A stretch of 64,000 nucleotides of DNA from the NCBI GenBank assembly GCA_046292385.1, contig JBKBRF010000015.1:70726-134725 (forward strand). The letters run 5' to 3'. Source of the stretch: Armatimonadota bacterium. GTDB lineage: Bacteria > Armatimonadota > SYMT01. Numbering within the stretch: the first letter of the stretch is position 1; every line of letters begins with the position of its first letter. Shown piece by piece: positions 9,432 to 18,107 of this stretch. Both the position numbers and the translations under genes were made by a program. The notes below the pieces were generated by a model. It was not told where the DNA came from and ran no database searches. It saw nothing but the letters and a program-made list of their open reading frames with translations.

Positions 9432-10894
9432 TCCCGGTGCGTGATGTAGATCGCTTGGACCAGGATCCGGCGCATCTCCGCGTCACTCACGTCGCCGCGT
9501 TGGAGACTCACGCCAAGGTGGTACTTGATGAGCTTGCTGTAGGCATCGGTTAACCACGCTGGGACATGAGCGTATTTGTCAGCGGTGTCGAGACCCACGG
9601 GGAACCCATAGCCGGGGAGCAGCCGCGAGTAGAGATAGGCCCTGCGCGCTGCTTCGGTCACCTGATCCGTTCCCAGTTCCGGGAAGACCTCCACCCGTAT
9701 CGGGAGAGTGTTCTCCGATACCTGAACATAGCAGCCTTCCACCCGCGGAAAGCCAATCCGCCCCGGCCGGAGGGGGCTGAAGTCTACCCGGCTGGTCCCG
9801 GCTTCACCCGTGAGCGACACATCCCCGTGCCGGAGCCCGTCGTACTTGGGAATCTCCCAAGAGCTCGAGTATTCGCCCGTCCGAAGGAGCATGGCTAGCA
9901 AGAGCGCGTCCGTATACCCGAGCCGATCCAGCAACGCCTTGGGCGAGGTGAGATCCTTTCGCCCGTACATCTTGTTGAAGTAGTCGGCCTTTCCCAACTC
10001 GCGGAGCTTTCGGAACACGCGCTCCAGGAGGATCCGCTCCGAAAAGTCCCGCAGTTCCCCCCGTTCGACCACCCCCGCGATGATCGGGACAGGACGCCGA
10101 GAACGGGCGACGTGAATGAGCCGACGGTATAGGAACGCAATCCAAGCCAACGGTTCGAACAGTCTCCGGCGCGTCCACTCCTCGGCGCGATCCGTCATCC
10201 GTGGGTAAATGTCCAGATAGGCCTCCCGGAGAAACTCCTCCTTGAGCTGCTGCCCCGCGACGGGATCAGGGGCGTAGTGCTTAAGGAAGAGATCGACGTC
10301 GGCTTCGGTGAAGGGCGTGTGCCCGGCATAGCCACCCATCAGGTAGACGAGCGGCCCATGGTACATTAGGGCGCGGAGGTCCAGGTTTCGCTCGAGGGCC
10401 GACAATCCGCCTAATAGCTCCGCCGTGATCCGGACGATATCGACGAAGTCCTTTCGGGTCTTGCTCCCTCCCTCGAGGTCTCCCAGGATGACAGGGTAAT
10501 ATCCAAACTGCTCCCGCTCCTCCAGGCGGCGCTCACCAGTACGCACGCAATAGGACCCAACGCGCAGCAGGATTGGCACCTGACTGGATATCTGGACCCG
10601 TCCCACTCCGCCGTCGATGAAGGACACCACCTCGCCCTGCACGGAGCCCCAGCCTACCTCGCCGATCTGCTGGACCGGGAGCATTGGCTCAGCGGTACTC
10701 CCGCGGGCAGCGTTCTCAACGTCCCGGCGAAGGGCAGTGATGAATCGGGCGGTGTTCCGGAAGTAGTTGTCCCGAAGGCTCTCCGCCACGGTGAGCGCAT
10801 TCTCGGCCAGCCGGAACATTAGATGCGGCTGGCGCTGGAGGTCTTCCCTGACGCCGTCTTCCGTCAGTCGACGATCGCTGTGCGGATCACTCAT
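9407..10894 (-). CDS. nurA: NurA-like nuclease (copy 1, divergent active-site motifs)
   Basis: SFIDGG, YHGPL, GVVER, GYGFPVGLDTADKYA; directly upstream of HerA; ATGA overlap with the upstream gene. Confidence 0.7.
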   Translation of the reverse strand: MSDPHSDRRLTEDGVREDLQRQPHLMFRLAENALTVAESLRDNYFRNTARFITALRRDVENAARGSTAEPMLPVQQIGEVGWGSVQGEVVSFIDGGVGRVQISSQVPILLRVGSYCVRTGERRLEEREQFGYYPVILGDLEGGSKTRKDFVDIVRITAELLGGLSALERNLDLRALMYHGPLVYLMGGYAGHTPFTEADVDLFLKHYAPDPVAGQQLKEEFLREAYLDIYPRMTDRAEEWTRRRLFEPLAWIAFLYRRLIHVARSRRPVPIIAGVVERGELRDFSERILLERVFRKLRELGKADYFNKMYGRKDLTSPKALLDRLGYTDALLLAMLLRTGEYSSSWEIPKYDGLRHGDVSLTGEAGTSRVDFSPLRPGRIGFPRVEGCYVQVSENTLPIRVEVFPELGTDQVTEAARRAYLYSRLLPGYGFPVGLDTADKYAHVPAWLTDAYSKLIKYHLGVSLQRGDVSDAEMRRILVQAIYITHRDWLFRPEA

Positions 10895-11628
10895 GGCCGC
10901 CGCACCTCTAGGCCGAGTTGAACGAGCAACCGGCGGGCGTCGTCGGAGTGGAAAGCACTCACCGGGAGGCCGGTGATCCGGCTGACCAGCCACTTTGGCG
11001 CGACCCGCATCCCGTCGATTTCCACACACCACCCCTGAAAGCGTGCTGCTCCGGCGGGATCCTCTTGCAGCCCCGCTCCGGCCGCAGCCGAGACGAGATT
11101 CGGATTCCTGCTGACGTACACTCCCCGGAAGCGGATCGTGTCCGCCGCTGAGTCTACTCTCACCGTGGGAGGAACCGGCGCCCTGCCGTGGAGCCAGTCG
11201 TGAAGCATCGACAATCTTCTTCCGGAGGAGCCGGTCAGAATGCGCACTGGCACCCCGGTTGAGGCTACCGGGAATCCGGTCAGTGCGTCGAGGTAGAACT
11301 TTCCGACCGCGACACAGACCTCGTTCACCTCTTGCTCAACCACTACACGCTCAAGGGTCTCCACCGTCGTCCGCTGGAGTTCGTGGGCGCGATGGCGAGT
11401 CATCGTTCGATCGTACCACGGGATCAGCTTGTCTGCCGGGATCAAACCGAACTCCGCGGAGAGAATGTATAGCGCTGGTCGCCCGGTGCCGCCTGCACGT
11501 ATACCCTCGCGCAGGAATCGACGGACAAGGCGGAAGGATGGCCCGTCGTATCGCTCGACGGCCGGCAGGAGCGCTGTGTCAAGCCGCTTGCGTTCGCTAC
11601 ATCCAAGGATCAGGGCAGAGCCAGGCAT
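10891..11628 (-). CDS. DUF6884/YaaA-like protein with extra small C-terminal domain
   Basis: LILGCSERK, PAVERYDGPSF, YILSAEFGLI, IPWYDRTM; C-terminal VEIDG...PKWLVS..TG...FHSDDARRLL..LG; GAGGA RBS before ATG 11628. Confidence 0.7.
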   Translation of the reverse strand: MPGSALILGCSERKRLDTALLPAVERYDGPSFRLVRRFLREGIRAGGTGRPALYILSAEFGLIPADKLIPWYDRTMTRHRAHELQRTTVETLERVVVEQEVNEVCVAVGKFYLDALTGFPVASTGVPVRILTGSSGRRLSMLHDWLHGRAPVPPTVRVDSAADTIRFRGVYVSRNPNLVSAAAGAGLQEDPAGAARFQGWCVEIDGMRVAPKWLVSRITGLPVSAFHSDDARRLLVQLGLEVRRP

Positions 11629-11828
11629 CGAATCCTCTTGGCCAGACAGCAGGATTGTCGGCGTGAAACCGATCGCTCGTTTCTTCTGGGAGCAAAGGGG
11701 CCAGGGGGCTCCTCGGCGCACAACAAAAGAAATGGGCCGAGCGTGTAACACCCTGGCCCCTTCGCGACCATTCCGTAGTGGGGCCGACCAGGTGGCCCGT
11801 TTCAGGTCGTTGAGCGAGACAACTCCCG

Positions 11829-12467
11829 ATGCGTCCGCCATCCCTTCAAGAGCCGGATCTGAAGAGCGACACCCTCTCCCATGCGATCGAGCAGGAGATG
11901 TCCTCGCTCATGGCCGGCATTCGGGTCCTGGTGTCGCGTTCCGGCCTGGCGACAGGCGCGGCAGAGATCGAGTCTCTGGCCGAAGACACCTTTCAGGATG
12001 TCGTCCTCAAAGTGATGGCCCACCGGAACGCCTACAATGAGGGGCGTCCGCTCCGTCCCTGGTTCATGAAGTTCGTCGTGAACCATCTCAAGAACCTGCG
12101 CGGCAGCAGGAAGCGTCGGAGCGCCACGGTGACACCCGTTGCCGAGACCCGCCGAGTTCGAGCGGCGCTTGCCACGTCCGAGGTGGGCGCAGACGATCTC
12201 TCAGAAGCCGAGATGTTCGACCTGCTCGCGCAAGGGTGCGGCTCGCAGCCCCCCGGGGACGCGGGCTGGAACATGCTGATTTCCCTAGCGCTGGAGCGGG
12301 ATCGGGAGATCCTGACGATGCGGTTCCGGTATGGGTTGGAGTATGCGGAGATCGGGCAGGCGCTGGAGATCACCGCCGGGACAGCCCGCACGCGCGTCTG
12401 CCGCGTCCTGGAGCGCCTGCGTCAGGCCTACCGGGAGAGCGAGCGCTTCGCGGGAGGAGGGTCCTGA
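11829..12467 (+). CDS. ECF-type sigma-70 factor
   Basis: Region 2 AEDTFQDVVLK...LRPWF; region 4 DREILTMRFRYGLEYAEIGQALEITAGTARTR. Confidence 0.88.
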   Translation: MRPPSLQEPDLKSDTLSHAIEQEMSSLMAGIRVLVSRSGLATGAAEIESLAEDTFQDVVLKVMAHRNAYNEGRPLRPWFMKFVVNHLKNLRGSRKRRSATVTPVAETRRVRAALATSEVGADDLSEAEMFDLLAQGCGSQPPGDAGWNMLISLALERDREILTMRFRYGLEYAEIGQALEITAGTARTRVCRVLERLRQAYRESERFAGGGS

Positions 12468-12468
12468 G

Positions 12469-13080
12469 ATGCACAAGCCGATGGATGCAGATACGCTCCG
12501 ACGTGAGCGGCTTGCCTACCGGTACGTCCGTGCGCTGGACCGGGGGGACCTCGAGGACGTCGAGGCGGTTCTAGAGGCGGCGATGGACGATCCGCTGCTT
12601 TCCCATGCGCTTTCCGAGATTGACCTCGCCTATCAGGACGAGCTATCCCTGGTTCCAGCTCCTGCAGACGTACGATTGGTACGAGAGCTGCTGCGAAAAC
12701 ACTTCAATAGCGCCGGCTCGGATGAGGCTGAAGAGGAGTTAGCGGAAGAGCCGCTGACTGTGAGCGATGTAGCCGTGCGCCTGCAGCACGAGAAGCGCGT
12801 CCCTGCCGGAGATCGTGAGGCCAACCGGCGTCTCCTTGGCAGCCATCTCGTGGTCCCGGGCTTTCTGAATTTAGAGGCCGTCCGACAGCTTGCGCGGGAA
12901 ACCGGTGTGGAGGCCAGCGAGCGCTTCTGGCGGCTCTTCCGAGAGACGGCCATCATGCTGGGCATCGGCCGCAGCCATCAGCAATCGCAAATGGCAGCGG
13001 CGCGGGAGCAGCGGCATAAGTCACAAGCAGCGAAGCCACCGTCGCAGTTGAGGTCCCAGTGCGAGGAGATACAGGAATGA
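12469..13080 (+). CDS. Uncharacterised soluble protein in the anti-sigma position
   Basis: GGAGG RBS, starts 1 nt after the sigma stop, ATGA overlap with the next gene; no obvious TM segment. Confidence 0.75.
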   Translation: MHKPMDADTLRRERLAYRYVRALDRGDLEDVEAVLEAAMDDPLLSHALSEIDLAYQDELSLVPAPADVRLVRELLRKHFNSAGSDEAEEELAEEPLTVSDVAVRLQHEKRVPAGDREANRRLLGSHLVVPGFLNLEAVRQLARETGVEASERFWRLFRETAIMLGIGRSHQQSQMAAAREQRHKSQAAKPPSQLRSQCEEIQE

Positions 13081-13868
13081 GTCAAACTCTCGGCTCGCAG
13101 CCTCGGTGCCGCCGGATCGCCGACGCCATTCACTGCGTGTATGCCGATGCGGGCCTCGCCCCGACCGCCGGGCGCCCGGGTGCCACTCGGCTGATTGTGC
13201 CGTTGTACGAGCTGATCAACGCCTACCCTCTGCGGGTCGCGGAGATCCGCAATCTGACCTATGGGTCCGCCCGAGAGTTCCTGCTAACGGAAACCCAGCA
13301 GGAAGTGCCGGTTCCCGAGAACAGCGGATGCCCCCTGGCCGGTTTTCTATACATCTATCGCTACGCCGGGTTCTTCTACGGATGCGTGCTCCTGGAGCAA
13401 GGGGACCCTGTATCCAGACGGCGGTTCTCCGCGGCGCATGAACTCGGGCACTACCTGCTGCACTTCCTGCCGCTGCTCCGGGAGTTGGAAGGCCAGGCGG
13501 CACGCCCCTGCGTCATCACGGAAGGGCTCGCCGTGTCAGCAGACCCGGATGCTGCACCACCAGTGGGTGAGGTTCGGTTCACAGAGTCCTTTGGGGCTGC
13601 AGCGACACAGCCCGTTCTTGACCGAGAGGTCATGGAGGACGAAGCCAACGAGTTCGCCGCGGAACTGCTGATGCCGGAACCGGCCGTCCGGCTGATGGCG
13701 GATCGCTATCGTCGCGAAACCGGGGCGCGGCGCCAAGTGTTGGCGCGGCGGCTGGCACCCGAGTTCCTGGTGAGCCGCCAGGCAATGATCCGGCGGCTCG
13801 AGACACTGGGACTACCCACGGCCCAGCGTGTGCCGGGAACCGTCGGTTCGGGGCTGGCGGGAGAGTGA
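13077..13868 (+). CDS. ImmA/IrrE-family Zn metallopeptidase
   Basis: RRRFSAAHELGHYLLH (HExxH), EDEANEFAAELLMP, C-terminal HTH-like LAPEFLVSRQAMIRRL. Confidence 0.92.
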   Translation: MSQTLGSQPRCRRIADAIHCVYADAGLAPTAGRPGATRLIVPLYELINAYPLRVAEIRNLTYGSAREFLLTETQQEVPVPENSGCPLAGFLYIYRYAGFFYGCVLLEQGDPVSRRRFSAAHELGHYLLHFLPLLRELEGQAARPCVITEGLAVSADPDAAPPVGEVRFTESFGAAATQPVLDREVMEDEANEFAAELLMPEPAVRLMADRYRRETGARRQVLARRLAPEFLVSRQAMIRRLETLGLPTAQRVPGTVGSGLAGE

Positions 13869-13872
13869 CGCG

Positions 13873-14916
13873 ATGGGCCTGAGCGACTTCATTCAGAACT
13901 ACGGCGGTCGTCGGGTAGACGAATATGCTCAGCAGCCATCTCTTGAGGGGGAGCCTGCTGACGACAGCGAAGAGCCCGAGGATGCCGAAGGTCTGGACTA
14001 CGAGGTTCCGCGCGAGGATTGGGACGCGGTGGACCTCGACCTGCCGGACGGCTGGAGGGTGGGCGACTGGGACGACCGCCCGATCCGCTTCGTCGACGGG
14101 AAGGACATAGGGGAGACCGTCGCGTGGCTATGCGCTCCGGGTGGCTATCCCGTGCCGGTGCGGCTCTCGCAGATCGGCGGAGTGGTGGTTCGGCTGATCA
14201 ATGGCGAGTGCCGACGCGAGTTCGTGGTCGTGGACAAGGTTGTTTCGATGGTGGCGGACCTCTTTCCGTGGGATGAGGTCGAGAGTTTCGCTGCCGAGCT
14301 TCAGGAGAACGGCTTCCGCCTTCTTCCGGCGCAGCCACCAGAAAACCGCCCTTCCTATGGTTTTGAGAAGATGCGTAAGGCAGCCCAGAACCGCTCGAAC
14401 GACGAGATGGGGGTCCTCGAGGAGGCGGTCTTGGCGCAGGACCCGGGTGTGCCCACCATCGTGGATGGCCGCCTCGAGCCCCGCATCGGGGGTTTCGATC
14501 CGCACGAGCCGGTTTTCGGAGTGGTGAAGCGGCACCACAAGAACTACCTCCATCCGGTAGGCATGCAGCTTCTGTATCAGTTGGAGCCAGGCCAGCGAAC
14601 CCCAGTGTTCCGACTGCCTGGTCGCTTGGAAGTGGTCTCCTGGTACGTGCGCCTCGCCGGCGGTGCCGGGTCGATGCCGAACTGGGGCCTGGTTCGGGTG
14701 GAGGCACCGCGGCTGTGGTTTGAACGGCGGGCAAGGGACTGGAGCCTGGTGGACCGGCTTTCGCACACGCTTCGCGAATACCGCTGCCGCGACGCCAGCT
14801 ATGCGCGAGCGCCCGTTTCTCTCCATCCGATTGTGCGTGCGGAGGAGAGTCTTGGGTCTCTGTTCCATCCAGGCAGCTTGCTGACCCATCGGTTCTACCG
14901 ACTGACAGCTCTGTAG
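13873..14916 (+). CDS. nurA: NurA-like nuclease (copy 2)
   Basis: RFVDG, IVDGRL, GVVKRH, SWYVRL, RAPVSLHPIVRAEESL; upstream of a HerA-like ATPase. Confidence 0.75.
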   Translation: MGLSDFIQNYGGRRVDEYAQQPSLEGEPADDSEEPEDAEGLDYEVPREDWDAVDLDLPDGWRVGDWDDRPIRFVDGKDIGETVAWLCAPGGYPVPVRLSQIGGVVVRLINGECRREFVVVDKVVSMVADLFPWDEVESFAAELQENGFRLLPAQPPENRPSYGFEKMRKAAQNRSNDEMGVLEEAVLAQDPGVPTIVDGRLEPRIGGFDPHEPVFGVVKRHHKNYLHPVGMQLLYQLEPGQRTPVFRLPGRLEVVSWYVRLAGGAGSMPNWGLVRVEAPRLWFERRARDWSLVDRLSHTLREYRCRDASYARAPVSLHPIVRAEESLGSLFHPGSLLTHRFYRLTAL

Positions 14917-14927
14917 ACGCGAGGAGG

Positions 14928-16841
14928 ATGACGATGAGCGAAGAAGTGCACGTCCAGACGCTGGATACGGTGGATGGGGATTTCCGCAATGACGGTCGCT
15001 CGGACAACACCGGACAGGCTGCCGGAATGCCTGAGGAAGCCGCTGGAGGCCCCACGATCATAGTCCAGGCAGGCACCCATGAGATCGGGAAGGTCGCCTC
15101 ACCCCCGCAGCGGGAGTCGACGCCGGACCAATTCTACTTCTGGATTGACCGCGAAGAACTGGTCGAGCGGACCCAGATCGTCCGTACGCAGAGCCGGGTG
15201 GGCGGCCAGGAGATCGACTTCTACGGCATCGTGGATGAAGTGTACCGTCAGAGCCGCAGGCGGAGCATCGGGGAAGAGGCGGACGTATCCGATCAGGATG
15301 TCTCGTACGATCCTCCGTTCGCCGGGGAAGGCGTCACCTTCGCTCAGGCCAGCATCCTCCGTGCGGAGCCGCCGGTCCTGACCCCACCGCGCGAGCAGAG
15401 CCGCGTGTACCTCGGAGGCGAGTTTGAGGCACGCCTAGCCTACGGAGCCGATGAGATCGAGAATCCGCTTCCGGTAGGGCTGGTGAAGAACGGTGGGAGC
15501 GTAGTGGCAGGTCCTGGAGTAATCGACCTGGACTACCTGCTCGGCGTGAACGGCGGACACATGAACGTGAACGGAGTAGCAGGGCGCGGGACGAAGTCCA
15601 GCTTCCTCCTCTTCACCATCGCTATGCTGCTCCGCGAGGTGCGACAGCGCGCCGCGGAGGCGCCGTCCGATCCGAACCCGCTGCTGGTAGTGCCGATCGT
15701 GCTTAACGTGAAAGGCTACGACCTTTTCTACATCGACCGCTGGAGCCGCCGTTACGATCCTGATCGGGATCTGGCGGATTGGAGAGCGCTTGGCGTGCAG
15801 ACCCCGGTCCCGTTCCAGGGAGTCGAGTTCTACGCTCCCCAGCAGCCCGGTAACACGACGCCCGTGCCAATCCAAGGGAGGGGTGATGTCCAAGCGTATA
15901 GCTGGAGCCTGTCAGATGTCATCGAGAGCGGTCTGCTTCTCTATCTCTTTTCGGACGAGGACAGCCGGGATGCCAACTTCAGTGCCCTCGTGCTGGACAT
16001 CGAGGAGCGTCTGACGGTGGAGACGCCGCAGCCAGATGGGACACTCCGGCGGCGACTTCGCGAGGAGGGACTTCCAGCTACGTTTCAGGAGTTGCTGGAT
16101 TGGGTCGCCGGGCCCGGACAGAGCCTGCTCGGAGGTCACCACGCTGGGACTTGGGGGAAGCTGCGCCGCCGCCTCGTGAAGTTGGTGATCGAAGGAGATG
16201 GGGTCCTGCGGCGCAATGACCGTACCGGCAACCCCCTGGCCGTGGCCCGGCGGGAGACGTGCGATCCGATTGTGGTGGACCTGAATGCACTCACGCGGGT
16301 GCCGTCGCTCCAGCGGTTCGTGGTTGCAACGATCTTACGGCAGCTGGTCGACGCCCGCACCGGGCCGAACGCGGTCCGTGGATTGGTCTATGTGGTCGCC
16401 CTCGACGAACTGAATCGATTCGCTCCGCGGGGCTCGCGCGACCCGATCACCCAATTGATCGAGCAGGTCGCGGCCGAGATGCGTTCCCAGGGAATCATCT
16501 TGCTGGGCGCGCAGCAGCAGGCCTCGAAGGTCTCTGAGCGGGTCATCGAAAACGCCAGCATCCGTGTTCTGGGCCGCAGTGGAAGCCTGGAGCTCTCCCA
16601 GCCGGTGTGGAGCTACCTCAGCAAGAGCGGACGCCGAAAGGCTGAGACGCTGAGCGTGGACGAGAAGCTCGTTCTTCAGGACAACTTCCGCGAGCCGATG
16701 CACGTGCGTGTTCCGTTTCCGTCCTGGGCGATGAACCCGCGCGAGACTGCGCCGACGCCTGCTGACTCTGCGACTCCAGCGCTGCCTCCCGGTCCAATCG
16801 GCGAGAGCGCTCAGGCGGAAGACGACATCGAGACGTTCTAA
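14928..16841 (+). CDS. herA: HerA-like ATPase (copy 2, bacterial GxxGxxTKS type)
   Basis: N-terminal HAS-like barrel, HMNVNGVAGRGTKSS, NVKGYDL, LDELNRFAP, RSQGIILLGAQQ. Confidence 0.82.
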   Translation: MTMSEEVHVQTLDTVDGDFRNDGRSDNTGQAAGMPEEAAGGPTIIVQAGTHEIGKVASPPQRESTPDQFYFWIDREELVERTQIVRTQSRVGGQEIDFYGIVDEVYRQSRRRSIGEEADVSDQDVSYDPPFAGEGVTFAQASILRAEPPVLTPPREQSRVYLGGEFEARLAYGADEIENPLPVGLVKNGGSVVAGPGVIDLDYLLGVNGGHMNVNGVAGRGTKSSFLLFTIAMLLREVRQRAAEAPSDPNPLLVVPIVLNVKGYDLFYIDRWSRRYDPDRDLADWRALGVQTPVPFQGVEFYAPQQPGNTTPVPIQGRGDVQAYSWSLSDVIESGLLLYLFSDEDSRDANFSALVLDIEERLTVETPQPDGTLRRRLREEGLPATFQELLDWVAGPGQSLLGGHHAGTWGKLRRRLVKLVIEGDGVLRRNDRTGNPLAVARRETCDPIVVDLNALTRVPSLQRFVVATILRQLVDARTGPNAVRGLVYVVALDELNRFAPRGSRDPITQLIEQVAAEMRSQGIILLGAQQQASKVSERVIENASIRVLGRSGSLELSQPVWSYLSKSGRRKAETLSVDEKLVLQDNFREPMHVRVPFPSWAMNPRETAPTPADSATPALPPGPIGESAQAEDDIETF

Positions 16842-16871
16842 TCGGCGCCTCGGCCACTCCAGAGGGAAGTC

Positions 16872-18107
16872 ATGCGGATCCTGCACACAGCTGACTGGCA
16901 TCTGAACAACCGGCTCGGCCGAATTGAGCTGCAACCGAACATCCGGGCGCGGCTTGAGGAGATCGCCGCCATCCTGCGGGGGGAGAAGATCGACGTCATG
17001 GTGGTAGCCGGCGACCTGTTCAGCCACTTCACGCGGATGGATGAACTGCGGACCGCTGTCCAAGATGTGAACCGCATCTTCAAGCCGTTCCTGATGGACG
17101 GCGGGACGATCGTAGCGATCAGCGGCAACCATGACAATGAGGCACTGTTCCAGATGCTCCGGCTAGCGATGGATCTGGCCTCGCCGATCAATCCCAAGGA
17201 CAGTGGACCGCGCCCGCCCGGGCGCCTCTATCTAGCGGCTGATCCGACGTATTTGCTGCTGGCCGACCGAGACGGAAACCCGGTTCAGTTCGTGCTGCTT
17301 CCCTATCCCACTGCCGCCCGCTACCTTCGAGACGAGCAGACGCGTTACGGGAGCCTGGACGAGAAGAATCAACGCCTCCACGGCGCACTGCTGAGCAGAT
17401 TAGAGCAGATCCAGGCTACGCGCATCCGGCCCAAGCTCCCAAGCGTTCTCGTCTCTCATGTCCACGTGCGCGGCAGCACGATCCACACTACCTACCAGAT
17501 CAGCGAACGAGAAGACGTGATCTTCGAGCAAGGGGAGATTCCCGTCCATTGGGCTTATGGCGCCTACGGCCATATCCATAAGTCCCAGGCACTCGACGGT
17601 ACAGGACACATCCGCTACGCCGGGAGCATCGAACGCTTCGACTACGCCGAACGAGAAGACGAGAAGGGTGTGGTCGTGGTCGAGGTGGGTAGGCAGGGTC
17701 GCGTCGGTTCGCCGCAGGTCATCCCCCTCGATGCAACTCCGATCCACCGCATCGAACTCGAGATCGAGGATCCAGAACGCGACCTTTCGATCCTGAAGGA
17801 CCAGTACTCCGCGGAAGCCACTCGAGCGCTCGTCTCCTATCGGGTTGTTTACCGACCTGGCGAGCACGACCGAGATGCTATCCGGAGGGAAATCGAGCGA
17901 CTGTTCCCGTTTTGGTACGCCGGCGAAGCCGTGCCGGCCGGTTCGGCGCTGAGTGGAAGCCCGATCGACCTGCCCTCGCAGCCGCGCGATGTCCTGGGCA
18001 CCGTCCAGGAGTATTTGCGCTCGCAGGTGCCTGCGGAGGACCGTGACCGCGAGGCGCTGCTGGTCTTGGCCGAGCAGTTGTGGCTGGAGAGGGGGGTAGA
18101 GGTATGA
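16872..18107 (+). CDS. sbcD: SbcD/Mre11 metallophosphoesterase nuclease
   Basis: HTADWH, AGDLF, SGNHD, HVHV, GHIH, YAGS motifs. Confidence 0.93.
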   Translation: MRILHTADWHLNNRLGRIELQPNIRARLEEIAAILRGEKIDVMVVAGDLFSHFTRMDELRTAVQDVNRIFKPFLMDGGTIVAISGNHDNEALFQMLRLAMDLASPINPKDSGPRPPGRLYLAADPTYLLLADRDGNPVQFVLLPYPTAARYLRDEQTRYGSLDEKNQRLHGALLSRLEQIQATRIRPKLPSVLVSHVHVRGSTIHTTYQISEREDVIFEQGEIPVHWAYGAYGHIHKSQALDGTGHIRYAGSIERFDYAEREDEKGVVVVEVGRQGRVGSPQVIPLDATPIHRIELEIEDPERDLSILKDQYSAEATRALVSYRVVYRPGEHDRDAIRREIERLFPFWYAGEAVPAGSALSGSPIDLPSQPRDVLGTVQEYLRSQVPAEDRDREALLVLAEQLWLERGVEV

